From Candidatus Doudnabacteria bacterium (GTDB lineage: Bacteria; Patescibacteriota; Doudnabacteria; UBA920; O2-02-FULL-48-8), in the NCBI GenBank assembly GCA_016198045.1, contig JACQJI010000024.1, positions 1 to 35,494 on the forward strand: a DNA stretch of 35,494 nt, in the 5' to 3' direction. How positions within the stretch are numbered: the first letter of the stretch is position 1; each line of letters begins with the position of its first letter. Under the pieces are notes generated by a model, which saw nothing but the letters and a program-made list of their open reading frames with translations, was not told the origin of the DNA and searched no databases. Shown in pieces: positions 24,404 to 33,220 of the stretch. The translations under genes and the position numbers were made by a program.

Positions 24404-25879
24404 ATGTGTGGAATAGCCGGAATAATTAATAAAAATCACGACGTCGCCACGGAGATTTACGACGGTTTGATTGCGCTTCAGCACCGCGGCCAGGACGCGG
24501 CGGGCATGGCTACTTTCAGCCAAAGTTTCCACTCCAAAAAAGGCTTGGGTATGGTCCGGGAAGTGTTTGGCCAGCAGGACATAGAAAGCCTGAAAGGGCG
24601 AATGGGCATTGGCCACGTGCGTTATCCCACCGCAGGCGGAATCCAGCTGGAAGACGCCCAGCCTTTCTTGTTTGGAACTGATCTGTTTAAGACCGGTCCC
24701 GGTCTGGCGCTAGCTCACAACGGCAACATATTTAACGCGTTGGATTTGAAGCACGACATTCTTGATAAACAAGAATACAGTATCAATAGTAATAATGACG
24801 CAGCTATAATGTTGCATATTATGGGATTGGATCTTTCTGCGCGAAGTTCGGCAAGTTTTTTTGACTATCTGTGCAATGCCGTAAAAAGTATCTATCAGAA
24901 AGCCAAAGGCGGATACTCAGTTGTGGCTTTGGTCGCGAACCAAGGACTGATGGCGTTTCGCGATCCGCATGGCGTGAGGCCGTTGGTCTGGGGAACGCGC
25001 AACGGCATGGATCATATTTTTGCCTCAGAAGACAGCATGTTTGGCCAGCTTAAGTTTAAACTCAAGAGAGATTTGGAGCCGGGAGAACTGGTGTTTGTGG
25101 GACTGAATGGACAAGTCAAAAGCAAAATTATTTTGCAGAAAGAATTTCGGCCGTGCATTTTTGAATACGTTTATTTCGCCCGGCCGGATGCGACTTTAAA
25201 TGGCGTCAATGTTTACCGCGCCCGGCAGCGGATGGGGGAAAACCTGGCCAAAAAAATAAAACGAATTTACCCAAACTTACCGATTGATGCGGTTATCCCA
25301 GCACCCGACTCGGCCAGCACCGCAGCGTTGAGCGCGGCTTATACCTTGGGGGCGAAGTATTCGCAAGCTTTGGTCAAAAATATGTTTATTGGTCGAACGT
25401 TTATAATGCCAGGACAGGAAATTAGACAGCAAGCCAACCACCGCAAGCTTTCGGTGATCGACCAGGAGGTGCGCGGGCAGAATGTCTTGGTAATTGACGA
25501 TAGCATTGTGCGGGGAAATGTCTCGCGGCATATCGTGAAGTTGCTGCGCGAACACGGCGCTAAGGCGATTTATTTTGCCTCTGCTTCCCCGGCTTTACGC
25601 TGGCCAGATTTGTATGGCATCGATTTGCCGACTAGAGAGGAGTATGTGGCTTATAACCGGACAGAGGAGCAAATTCGCGAATTTATCGGGGCTGACGTCC
25701 TGATTTATCAGGACCTGGCGGACTTGATCGAAGCGGTGATGCGCGAAGGAAATCTCAAGTTTAAGCGCATGCACACGGCTTACTTTGACGGCGACTATCC
25801 CACTGGCGATGTGGATGAAAAAGTTTTAGTGGGAGTAGAAGGGTTTCGCAAGGAACAGAAGAGCACATACTTAGCGTAA
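24404..25879 (+). CDS. purF: Amidophosphoribosyltransferase
   Basis: N-terminal MCGIAGI nucleophile and the PRPP-binding loop VLVIDDSIVRGN. Confidence 0.95.
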   Translation: MCGIAGIINKNHDVATEIYDGLIALQHRGQDAAGMATFSQSFHSKKGLGMVREVFGQQDIESLKGRMGIGHVRYPTAGGIQLEDAQPFLFGTDLFKTGPGLALAHNGNIFNALDLKHDILDKQEYSINSNNDAAIMLHIMGLDLSARSSASFFDYLCNAVKSIYQKAKGGYSVVALVANQGLMAFRDPHGVRPLVWGTRNGMDHIFASEDSMFGQLKFKLKRDLEPGELVFVGLNGQVKSKIILQKEFRPCIFEYVYFARPDATLNGVNVYRARQRMGENLAKKIKRIYPNLPIDAVIPAPDSASTAALSAAYTLGAKYSQALVKNMFIGRTFIMPGQEIRQQANHRKLSVIDQEVRGQNVLVIDDSIVRGNVSRHIVKLLREHGAKAIYFASASPALRWPDLYGIDLPTREEYVAYNRTEEQIREFIGADVLIYQDLADLIEAVMREGNLKFKRMHTAYFDGDYPTGDVDEKVLVGVEGFRKEQKSTYLA

Positions 25880-25965
25880 TACGGTTTACGTTGTCGAAGC
25901 CCGTAACGGAGTACGTATTACGTTATACGTCAACCGATACGGGCATCGATACCGTCTAGCGTAAT
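25872..25965. repeat. purF-purD spacer with a 9-nt direct repeat TAGCGTAAT (25872-25880, 25957-25965), a long hairpin, and ACG-type heptamers
   Basis: CGTAATACG (25875-25883) pairs with CGTATTACG (25914-25922), with an inner TTACG/CGTAA helix. Heptamers CGTAACG GAGTACG TATTACG TTATACG TCAACCG span 25902-25936. Confidence 0.5.
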
Positions 25966-25978
25966 CCGATAGGGAATT

Positions 25979-27295
25979 ATGCCTAAAATTTTATTAGTCG
26001 GCAACGGAGCCAGGGAGCATATAATTGCTTCCAAACTGGCAGCAAGCAAAGACATCACTCTTTGCATTTTTGCATCGGCGGCAAATCCGGGCATAAAAAA
26101 ATTATCTCAAAGCTATCAAGTCGGTGACTTGATGAACAATAAAGAGATTACTACATTCGCGCAAAAAGAAAAAATTGATTTTGCCGTCATCGGCCCTGAT
26201 GAGCCTTTAGGCAACGGAGTAGTTGATGCTTTGATGGCTGCCGGTGTTCCCTCTTTTGGCCCAAGCAAAACTCTTGCGCAAATAGAAGGCAGCAAATCTT
26301 TTGCCCGCAATCTTTTGGTCAAGCACAAAATCCAGGCTTATCCTAAACATAAGTCGGTTAGTAACCTTGAGGATGCGAAAAACTGGTTGGGTGAATTGGC
26401 TTCGGAGTTTGTCATCAAACCCGACGGTTACACCCGCGGCAAAGGAGTTTTGGTACAAGGAGATCATTTTCAAACCCAAGCAGAAGGATTGCAGAAAGTT
26501 TCGGAAGTTTTGCGCCATGACGGCAAAGTTTTGCTCGAAGAAAAACTGGTAGGCGAAGAATTTAGCTTGATGACTATTACGGATGGAACAAGTTTTGTAC
26601 ATCTACCCGCTGTGCAAGATCACAAACGTGCTTTCGAAGGAGACAGGGGCCCCAATACCGGAGGCATGGGGTCTTATTCTGACGCAAATTTTAGCCTGCC
26701 GTTTTTGAAAGAATCAGACGTTGAAGTAGCCCGCAGCGTCAATGAGGCCGTAGTGCAAGCATTGTTTGAAGAAACAGACTTGAAATATAAGGGAGTTTTG
26801 TACGGAGGATTTATCGCGGTCAAAGACGGCGTGAAACTTATCGAATACAATGCCCGGTTTGGCGATCCCGAAGCCATGAATGTCTTGGGAGTTTTGAAGT
26901 CGGATTTTGCCGAGTTTTGCCAAGCGGTAATAGATGAAAAGCTTGGTAGCTTTAAGGCTAGTTTTGAACCCTTGGCCACTGTGTGTAAATACGTGGTGCC
27001 AGAAGGCTATCCGGACAATCCTTTGAAAGGTAAAAAAATAGACGCGTCAGGAGTGGATCAGAGTAAGGTTGAGATCTATTACGCTTCGGTTGATGAAAAG
27101 CCGGACGGCGTATATATGACCAGTTCGCGGGCAGTAGCGGTTTTGGCCAAAGCCTCGACGATTTATGAAGCAGAGGCAATCACGGAACAGGAGATAGATA
27201 AGATAAAAGGCCGGGTGGCACACCGGTCAGACATTGGGACGAAAGCATTGCTAGAAAAGCGCGTTGAGCATATCAAGAGTATTAGGAATATTTAA
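25979..27295 (+). CDS. purD: Phosphoribosylamine-glycine ligase
   Basis: MPKILLVGNGAREH..., ATP-grasp core and NARFGDPE motif. Confidence 0.95.
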   Translation: MPKILLVGNGAREHIIASKLAASKDITLCIFASAANPGIKKLSQSYQVGDLMNNKEITTFAQKEKIDFAVIGPDEPLGNGVVDALMAAGVPSFGPSKTLAQIEGSKSFARNLLVKHKIQAYPKHKSVSNLEDAKNWLGELASEFVIKPDGYTRGKGVLVQGDHFQTQAEGLQKVSEVLRHDGKVLLEEKLVGEEFSLMTITDGTSFVHLPAVQDHKRAFEGDRGPNTGGMGSYSDANFSLPFLKESDVEVARSVNEAVVQALFEETDLKYKGVLYGGFIAVKDGVKLIEYNARFGDPEAMNVLGVLKSDFAEFCQAVIDEKLGSFKASFEPLATVCKYVVPEGYPDNPLKGKKIDASGVDQSKVEIYYASVDEKPDGVYMTSSRAVAVLAKASTIYEAEAITEQEIDKIKGRVAHRSDIGTKALLEKRVEHIKSIRNI

Positions 27296-27298
27296 GCG

Positions 27299-27405
27299 TT
27301 AGGATTTCCCTCCCCTGAATGGGGAGGGACTAAGGGAGGGGTGATGCTTAAGCCTTAAGCCACCCCCACCTAACCTCCCCCATCAAGGGGGAGGGATCCG
27401 AACCC
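27299..27405. repeat. GC-rich polypurine/polypyrimidine multi-hairpin intergenic repeat, copy B
   Basis: TCCCTCCCC-TGAAT-GGGGAGGGA (27307-27329), GGGGTG..GCTTAAG-C-CTTAAGC..CACCCC (27338-27366) and CCTCCCCC-ATCAA-GGGGGAGG (27374-27394). The 5' half is nearly identical to copy A. It ends about 10 nt before the purN ATG. Confidence 0.7.
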
Positions 27406-27414
27406 TCTACACCC

Positions 27415-28011
27415 ATGATCAACCTAGCGGTGTTCGCATCAACCAAAGGCACGGATCTTCAGGCAATCATTGACGAAATAAAAGCCGGCGGTCTTTCCAA
27501 CGTCAATCTCAAATTTGTCTTGTCCAACAAAAAGGACGCTTATGCTTTGGAAAGGGCGCGTAGTGCTGGAATCCAGGCCTTATTTTTAGATCCCATGGGA
27601 AAGACACGGGAAGAATATGACGGAGAATGTTTAAAAATTTGTCGTGAACAAAACATTGACCTTATCCTTTTGATAGGCTACATGAAAATAATCAGTCCGG
27701 TGCTGGTTGCCGCTTATCCGAACAAGATCATGAACATCCATCCATCGCTGTTGCCTAAATATCCGGCTGGAATGGATTATGACGTGCATCGAAAAGTTTT
27801 GGAGAATAAAGAGACGGAAACTGGCTGCACCTTGCATTTTGTTGAGGAGGGAGTAGATACCGGGGAAATAATCATGCAAGCGAAAGTTAAAATCGATCAA
27901 GGAGAAACTGTGGAAAGCTTAAAGTCCAAAGTGCAAGCCAAGGAGCAAGAGATTATAATTAAAACATTGAGGGAGTACGCTAATAAGAATCGCGCATCTG
28001 CGAGCGATTAG
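27415..28011 (+). CDS. purN: Phosphoribosylglycinamide formyltransferase
   Basis: LAVFASTKGTDLQAII..., NIHPSLLPKYPG, and the catalytic His/Asp context. Confidence 0.93.
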   Translation: MINLAVFASTKGTDLQAIIDEIKAGGLSNVNLKFVLSNKKDAYALERARSAGIQALFLDPMGKTREEYDGECLKICREQNIDLILLIGYMKIISPVLVAAYPNKIMNIHPSLLPKYPAGMDYDVHRKVLENKETETGCTLHFVEEGVDTGEIIMQAKVKIDQGETVESLKSKVQAKEQEIIIKTLREYANKNRASASD

Positions 28012-28042
28012 CGAAGCAGTCTATTTATTAGATTGCTTCGTC

Positions 28043-28061
28043 GTCCCGCCGTCGGCGGGAC
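28043..28061. other. GC hairpin GTCCCGCC-GTC-GGCGGGAC in the purN-purH spacer
   Basis: 8-bp perfect stem, preceded by CGAAGCA...TGCTTCG (28012-28040). No T-run follows. Confidence 0.5.
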
Positions 28062-28085
28062 TCCTCGCAAATGCGATAAATATTT

Positions 28086-29597
28086 ATGCCGAAAGCACTA
28101 ATCAGCGTTTACGATAAAACCGGCCTGCTTGAGTTTGCCAAAGAGCTGACAGTTTTAGGCTGGGAACTCGTTGCATCTGGAGGCACATTTAAATTCTTGA
28201 CTGACAATGGCCTTAAAGTGACCAAAGTTGAAGATGTCACCGGGTTTCCCGAAATCATGGATGGCCGGGTCAAGACCCTGCATCCCAAAATCCATGGCGG
28301 GATATTGGCGGATCGATCCGACCCTCGGCATTTGGAGCAAGCCAAAGCCAATGGGATTGAGTTGATCGACATGGTGGTAGTCAATTTGTACCCGTTCAAA
28401 CAGATCATCGAAAGACCAGGTGCGACCGAACAAGACGCTATCCATAACATCGACATTGGCGGGCCGGCTATGTTGCGTGCGGCTGCCAAAAATTTTTCCC
28501 ATGTTTTGGGTATTATTGATCCCAATGATTATGGATTGGTAATAGCTAAATTGAAGACCGGCGAGGTTGACTTGGAAACCAGAAAATCATTGGCGGTCAA
28601 AATTTTTGCAGTTATATCGGGGTATGATCAGCAGATTGCCAGCTATTTTTCCGCACATAAGAATTTGGTTTTGACTTTCGAGAAAGTTACAGACTTGCGC
28701 TATGGGGAAAACCCTCACCAACAAGCGGCATTGTATAAGGAGCAGGAAATCCCAGAAACCGCAGTGATCAATTCTCAAGTTTTGCACGGCAAAGAGTTGT
28801 CTTTTAACAATATTGTGGATGCTGACGCCGCGCTTAACCTCATCAAAGAATTTGAGCAGCCGGCCGCGGCAGTAATTAAGCACACTAATCCTTGCGGCTG
28901 TGCGGTTTCCAAAGACATTGATGGCGCTTTTCTTGCCGCTTACGAGGCAGATAGCAAGTCCGCATTTGGCGGCATTATCGTCTTGAACCGGGCGGCAACC
29001 AAAAAGATTGCTGAATATGTCAACAAAGTTTTTGCCGAGATTGTCATTGCCCCGGATTTCGAGCCTGGTTCCCTTAAGATTTTGGAACAAAAGAAAAACA
29101 TCCGCCTGATCAAAACCGGGCCGATCGTTAAAGCTTCAGTTGGGAAAGATTATAGGAAAATTATTGGAGGGATGCTTGAGCAGGATCTGGACCGCAAGCT
29201 GATATCAGAGAAGGATTTTAGTTTTGTCACCAAGAAAAAGCCGAGTCAGAATGAAATGAAAGATTTGATTTTCGCCTTTAAACTTTGCCGGCACGTCAAA
29301 TCCAATGCCATTGTCCTGGTCAAAAACGGCGTAACAGTCGGCGTGGGCGCCGGCCAGACGTCGCGTGTGGATTCCTTGGAAATTGCTTTAAAAAAAGCCG
29401 GGGTAAAGGTGAAAGGCGGTGTCGCGGCTTCTGACGCGTTTTTCCCGTTCCGCGACAGCGTTGACCTGCTGGCAGATGCCGGAGTTGCTGCCATTATTCA
29501 ACCAGGCGGCTCAATTCAGGACAAGGAAGTAATAAAAGCGGCCACCGAACGCGGGCTGGCCATGGTATTTACCGGAACGCGTGTTTTTCGACACTAA
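28086..29597 (+). CDS. purH: Bifunctional AICAR transformylase / IMP cyclohydrolase
   Basis: ALISVYDKTGL, MDGRVKTLHPKIHGGIL and the C-terminal AICARFT domain ending FRH. Confidence 0.95.
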   Translation: MPKALISVYDKTGLLEFAKELTVLGWELVASGGTFKFLTDNGLKVTKVEDVTGFPEIMDGRVKTLHPKIHGGILADRSDPRHLEQAKANGIELIDMVVVNLYPFKQIIERPGATEQDAIHNIDIGGPAMLRAAAKNFSHVLGIIDPNDYGLVIAKLKTGEVDLETRKSLAVKIFAVISGYDQQIASYFSAHKNLVLTFEKVTDLRYGENPHQQAALYKEQEIPETAVINSQVLHGKELSFNNIVDADAALNLIKEFEQPAAAVIKHTNPCGCAVSKDIDGAFLAAYEADSKSAFGGIIVLNRAATKKIAEYVNKVFAEIVIAPDFEPGSLKILEQKKNIRLIKTGPIVKASVGKDYRKIIGGMLEQDLDRKLISEKDFSFVTKKKPSQNEMKDLIFAFKLCRHVKSNAIVLVKNGVTVGVGAGQTSRVDSLEIALKKAGVKVKGGVAASDAFFPFRDSVDLLADAGVAAIIQPGGSIQDKEVIKAATERGLAMVFTGTRVFRH

Positions 29598-29603
29598 TGT
29601 TAC

Positions 29604-29630
29604 AAAAAATCGCCCAAAGGGCGATTTTTT
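29604..29630. terminator. Bidirectional rho-independent terminator between convergent purH and the GS gene
   Basis: AAAAAATCGCCC-AAA-GGGCGATTTTTT. Confidence 0.8.
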
Positions 29631-29638
29631 GCTTCTGA

Positions 29639-30740
29639 TTAGATCTTGAACATTTTTTCCAGAACGTCGGTTTTCGTTTCCGGAAACTCGAAGTTGCTCC
29701 AACCGTATCGGTCAGGATCAAAACCTTCGCCGCAAGTGGTTTCAATCAGAGCGGTGCAGATTTGATATGGATCCAAGTTGGCTGCCGGCCTGCGGTCTTC
29801 CAGATACCCATAGCCTTTGTTCGCGGTTTCCATAGGGATCCGGATGGAAGCGCCGCGGTCGGAAACTGCATAGCGGAAATTGTAAATGCTGCAGGTTTCG
29901 TGCTTGCCGGTTAGCCGCTTGTCATTGTCTGCGCCGTACACTCGGATATGTTGTTTGTGGAATTTACCCAATTTTTCGCAGGTTGATTTGACTAAATCCA
30001 TACCTCCGGTTTCGCGCATTTGCCGAATCGAGAAATTGGTATGGCCGCCGGCGCCATTCCAGTCGCCACTCATCGGTTTGGGGTCAAGCTTGGCGTATGC
30101 GTTGAAATCTTCACCGATTCGATAAAGCAGCCAGCGGGCAAGCCAGAGCTGGTCGGATACTTCCAGAGGCGGCAAGGTTCCCACCTGAAATTCCCACTGT
30201 GCCGGCATAACTTCCGCATTAATCCCGGAAATTGTTAGGCCCGCTTCTAGGCAGGCTTTCATGTGGGCGTCAACAAGATTGCGGCCGTGAACTTCGTCGT
30301 AACCAACCCCGCAGTAGTAGCGACCTTGGGGGGTGGGGGAAACCTTTCTCCGGCCAGCCAAGCGGCCAATCCTTGCGGTACAAGGTATATTCCTGTTCGA
30401 TGCCAAACAACGGTTCTGCTGCTTTGTATTTTTCCACGAGTTTGGCTAAAATGTGGCGGGTGTTCGAAACGTGGGGTGTGCCGTCAGGATTGAGCACTTC
30501 GCACATAACCAAAATATTGTCTCCTTTTCTCACCGGATCAGGAATGTAATAGACTGGTTTAAGCATGCAATCGCTGGAATGGCCTTCAGCCTGTTCGGTG
30601 GAGGAGCCGTCGAATCCCCAGTTGGGAATATCTTCCAGCCTCCGGACAGAGCCTGCAATAATTTTGGTTTTTGACCTCAATTTGGCGGTTGGCCGTTGAC
30701 CGTCCATCCAGATGTATTCGGCCATGATGCGTTGATACAT
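29639..30740 (-). pseudogene. glnA: Type II (eukaryote-like) glutamine synthetase interrupted by a 1-nt frameshift in a C-run
   Basis: Two overlapping ORFs in different frames (30270-30740 and 29639-30406). Motifs AEYIWMDG and GWPEKGFPHP in one, PQGRYYCGVG, MPAQWEFQVG and NGAGGHTNFS in the other. Deleting one C from the minus-strand C6 run (G6 at 30328-30333 on plus) restores GFPHPQGRYYC. Confidence 0.85.
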
Positions 30741-30821
30741 ATTATCTTTGTTTGTCCGCCTCGGCTCGACGCCGAGTCGAGACGGGTCTTTCTCCTCCTA
30801 AGAACTTAATTTTTAAAAAAT

Positions 30822-30848
30822 AAAAAAACGCCTGAGGGTGTTTTTTTT
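30822..30848 (-). terminator. Weak hairpin with flanking A/T runs downstream of the CorC-like gene
   Basis: Minus strand reads AAAAAAAACACC-CTCA-GGCGTTTTTTT. The stem is 5 bp and includes one G-U pair. Confidence 0.5.
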
Positions 30849-30920
30849 AATTCTAATATCGAATTATAAAATTATTTTAACAAATCAAAAACCGCCGTCA
30901 AATGAGGTTTATCCACAAGC

Positions 30921-32229
30921 CTAGAGACTGAGCCCTCTTTTTTTGATCAGTATGGTTTTTACGGTGCGCATGGTTTTTTCTTTGACCGTGAATTCCAAAT
31001 CTTCGTGAAGCACGGTATCGCCTTCCTTGGGGAAGCGTCCCAGTTTATGCAGAATAAATCCCGAAAGAGTGGTGAACTCCTTGTTTTCTGGCAGTTCTGA
31101 TTTGAAATGGCGGTTGAAGTCCATGACTGAAACCTCACCCAAGACCAAAAAGTGGCCGTCTTGTTGTTCTATGACGATATTACTGGCTTCATCGGTTTCA
31201 TCGGAAATATCGCCGACGATCTCCTCTAGAATGTCTTCCATGGTCACCAAACCCTCGATTTCGCCGTGTTCGTTTGTAACCATGGCCATGTGGAACTTTT
31301 TTCCGCTGCAGCCGGCGCAGCACTTCGCTTATCTTCATGGAATTCGGCACGAAGTAGGGCGGGGTCAGGAAATCCTGAACCCGTTTTTTGGAATTCTTAC
31401 CCAGACTGTCGAGCAATTTTTTGGTATAGAGAATGCCGATAACGTTGTTGAGCGTGTCCTGGTAAATTGGCACGCGTGAGTAATCGGAATTGACCGCTTG
31501 CCGGATGATTTGATCGGCGTCCTGTTCAATGTTAAAGGCCACGATTTGGATACGGGGAGTCATGATCTGTCCGACAGTCAGGTCTGAAAATTCAAAAACA
31601 TTTTCGAGCATGTAATGTTCCTCCGGCGCGATTACCCCCGCCTGCCGACTTTCAGAGATGAGGGTTCTGATTTCTTCTTCCGAAAGTCTTGACTCGGTAA
31701 AAGTCGTGGAATCCTTGAACAGTTTGAGGATGAGGTTGGAGGAGAAACTTAGCAGTTTGATTAGCCAGTAACTCGCCTTGGATAGCCACCAAATCGGATA
31801 TGCGGCGAATAGAGAAAAAGTTTCGGCGTATCTAAGCCCCAGCGATTTAGGCACCAGTTCGCCGATGATCAGGTTAAAGTATGAGACCAGGATTACGATT
31901 AAGGCAAAACTGATGGGATATGAATTGCGTTCAATAAACGGTCCGTCTAGTTTTCCTATATATTTAGAAAGATCTTCCGCGATGCTGGCTCCGGCAAAGG
32001 CCGATGCGACAATGGTGATCAGAGAAATCCCGATCTGCATGGTCGCAAACAGACTTTCCGGGTTCTTGTGGAGTTGCAGAATGATATTGGCTCGCCTGTT
32101 GCCCTGTTTTGCCAGACTGGCGATCCTGGTTTTTCTGACCGAAATTAGAGCAATTTCGCTGCAGGCGAAAAAGCCGTTGAGCAACGTCAGCAGTAAAACA
32201 ATGAAGATTTCCAAAAAAATGTTGTCCAT
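30921..32229 (-). pseudogene. CNNM/CorC-type transporter (DUF21 + CBS pair + CorC_HlyC) interrupted by a 1-nt frameshift in an A-run
   Basis: ORFs 31198-32229 and 30921-31289 overlap in different frames. Removing one A from the minus-strand A6 run (T6 at 31297-31302 on plus) gives [33 protein letters not shown], the canonical CBS-to-CorC junction. Confidence 0.85.
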
Positions 32230-32234
32230 AAACT

Positions 32235-32255
32235 AAAAAACCGCCGAATGGCGGT
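32235..32255 (-). terminator. Intrinsic terminator ACCGCC-ATTC-GGCGGT plus U6, ending 5 nt before the CorC ATG
   Basis: Plus strand shows A6 (32235-32240) then ACCGCC GAAT GGCGGT (32240-32255). Confidence 0.65.
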
Positions 32256-32407
32256 CATGACCGGCAGGAGATTATTGCCTAACAGCCATGAAACCGCCCG
32301 AAAAGAGCCTAGTTACTTGTTGTTTCCGTGGCACGGCAACCCAAATTTTCTTTAGTGCAATTTTCATGCTAGTCATTATATTATAAAACAAAGGTGCAGG
32401 CAACTAG

Positions 32408-32716
32408 TTAATAATGCCAGAGGTAAAATCCCAGGATCAGCAAGACACCAAGGATGATGCTGACATTCAAACGCATCAGCCGTTTTTGAATTTTGTTTTC
32501 ACTGGCATCGCCCGACATAAAATAATAAACGCAAAACATGAGAATAAACACGGCGATCGTCAGCCAGCTTTTGCTGACCCAATGGTGCCCGGTCAGGCTT
32601 TTGAGCCAATTTTTTAGGCCAGGAGAAAACTCAGCCGCCATTGTAATTACGACTACAAACCACACGCTGTAAAGCGAGGCGGTCACAGATGCATTGATTG
32701 ATTTTAAAGTCTTCAT
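32408..32716 (-). CDS. Hypothetical 3-TM membrane protein (motif SLTGHHWVSKS)
   Basis: 102 aa and hydrophobic. 6 nt downstream of the preceding membrane gene. Confidence 0.65.
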   Translation of the reverse strand: MKTLKSINASVTASLYSVWFVVVITMAAEFSPGLKNWLKSLTGHHWVSKSWLTIAVFILMFCVYYFMSGDASENKIQKRLMRLNVSIILGVLLILGFYLWHY

Positions 32717-32722
32717 GGAAGA

Positions 32723-33172
32723 TTATGCCCACCTGGCGGCGGCGGAAATGATATATCCGAGCAAGCCCAAGAAAAGAGCGGTGCCTGCCGTAAGTGCCAC
32801 CAAAATTTTGTAATTTTTGTTATTTTTGGAATTAAGATAAGTCAGCATAAAAATAGTGAATGCTACTGGGACCAAAAACAAAAAGATGTGCTCCTTGGCT
32901 TCCATGGCCACACCGTGCGCCCAGGGTGCTGCGCTTTTTTGAATGATCGGCTTAACCAGCGGCCCATAATATTTGACATAATAGTAGCCGCCTGCAACCC
33001 AGGTGAGTATAAAAGCTACGAAGGCGCCAAATGAAACCGCGCGCATTCTTTTTTGCGCGGTTGAGGAAGCGATTAGTTCCCCCAAAAGCCAAAGCAAAAG
33101 ATCAATGCCGAGAATGGCAAAGCCGAGGTGCAAACCGACCAGTACTGGTTTGTTAGAAAGGATAAAATCCAC
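32723..33172 (-). CDS. Hypothetical 4-TM membrane protein
   Basis: 149 aa with four hydrophobic segments and a conserved-looking APWAHGVAMEAKEH loop. Confidence 0.7.
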   Translation of the reverse strand: MDFILSNKPVLVGLHLGFAILGIDLLLWLLGELIASSTAQKRMRAVSFGAFVAFILTWVAGGYYYVKYYGPLVKPIIQKSAAPWAHGVAMEAKEHIFLFLVPVAFTIFMLTYLNSKNNKNYKILVALTAGTALFLGLLGYIISAAARWA

Positions 33173-33183
33173 GTTTGTCTTTT

Positions 33184-33209
33184 AAAAACCGCCAGGAAGG
33201 CGGTTTTTT
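33184..33209. terminator. Rho-independent terminator after cspA
   Basis: AAAAACCGCC-AGGAA-GGCGGTTTTTT, usable in both orientations. Confidence 0.75.
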
Positions 33210-33220
33210 GTTGAAAAGAT

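Noticed and set aside
30328-30339. Programmed ribosomal frameshifting in the GS gene, and likewise at 31297-31302 in corC.
   Set aside because: There is no canonical slippery heptamer plus downstream pseudoknot arrangement, and neither gene family is known to use recoding. A homopolymer indel, either real or a sequencing error, is the simpler explanation.
30741-30830. A glutamine (glnA-motif) riboswitch in the GS leader.
   Set aside because: There is no resemblance to the small three-stem glnA RNA consensus (ACGGAAGUAGG-type core) as I recall it. Only a simple hairpin is present.
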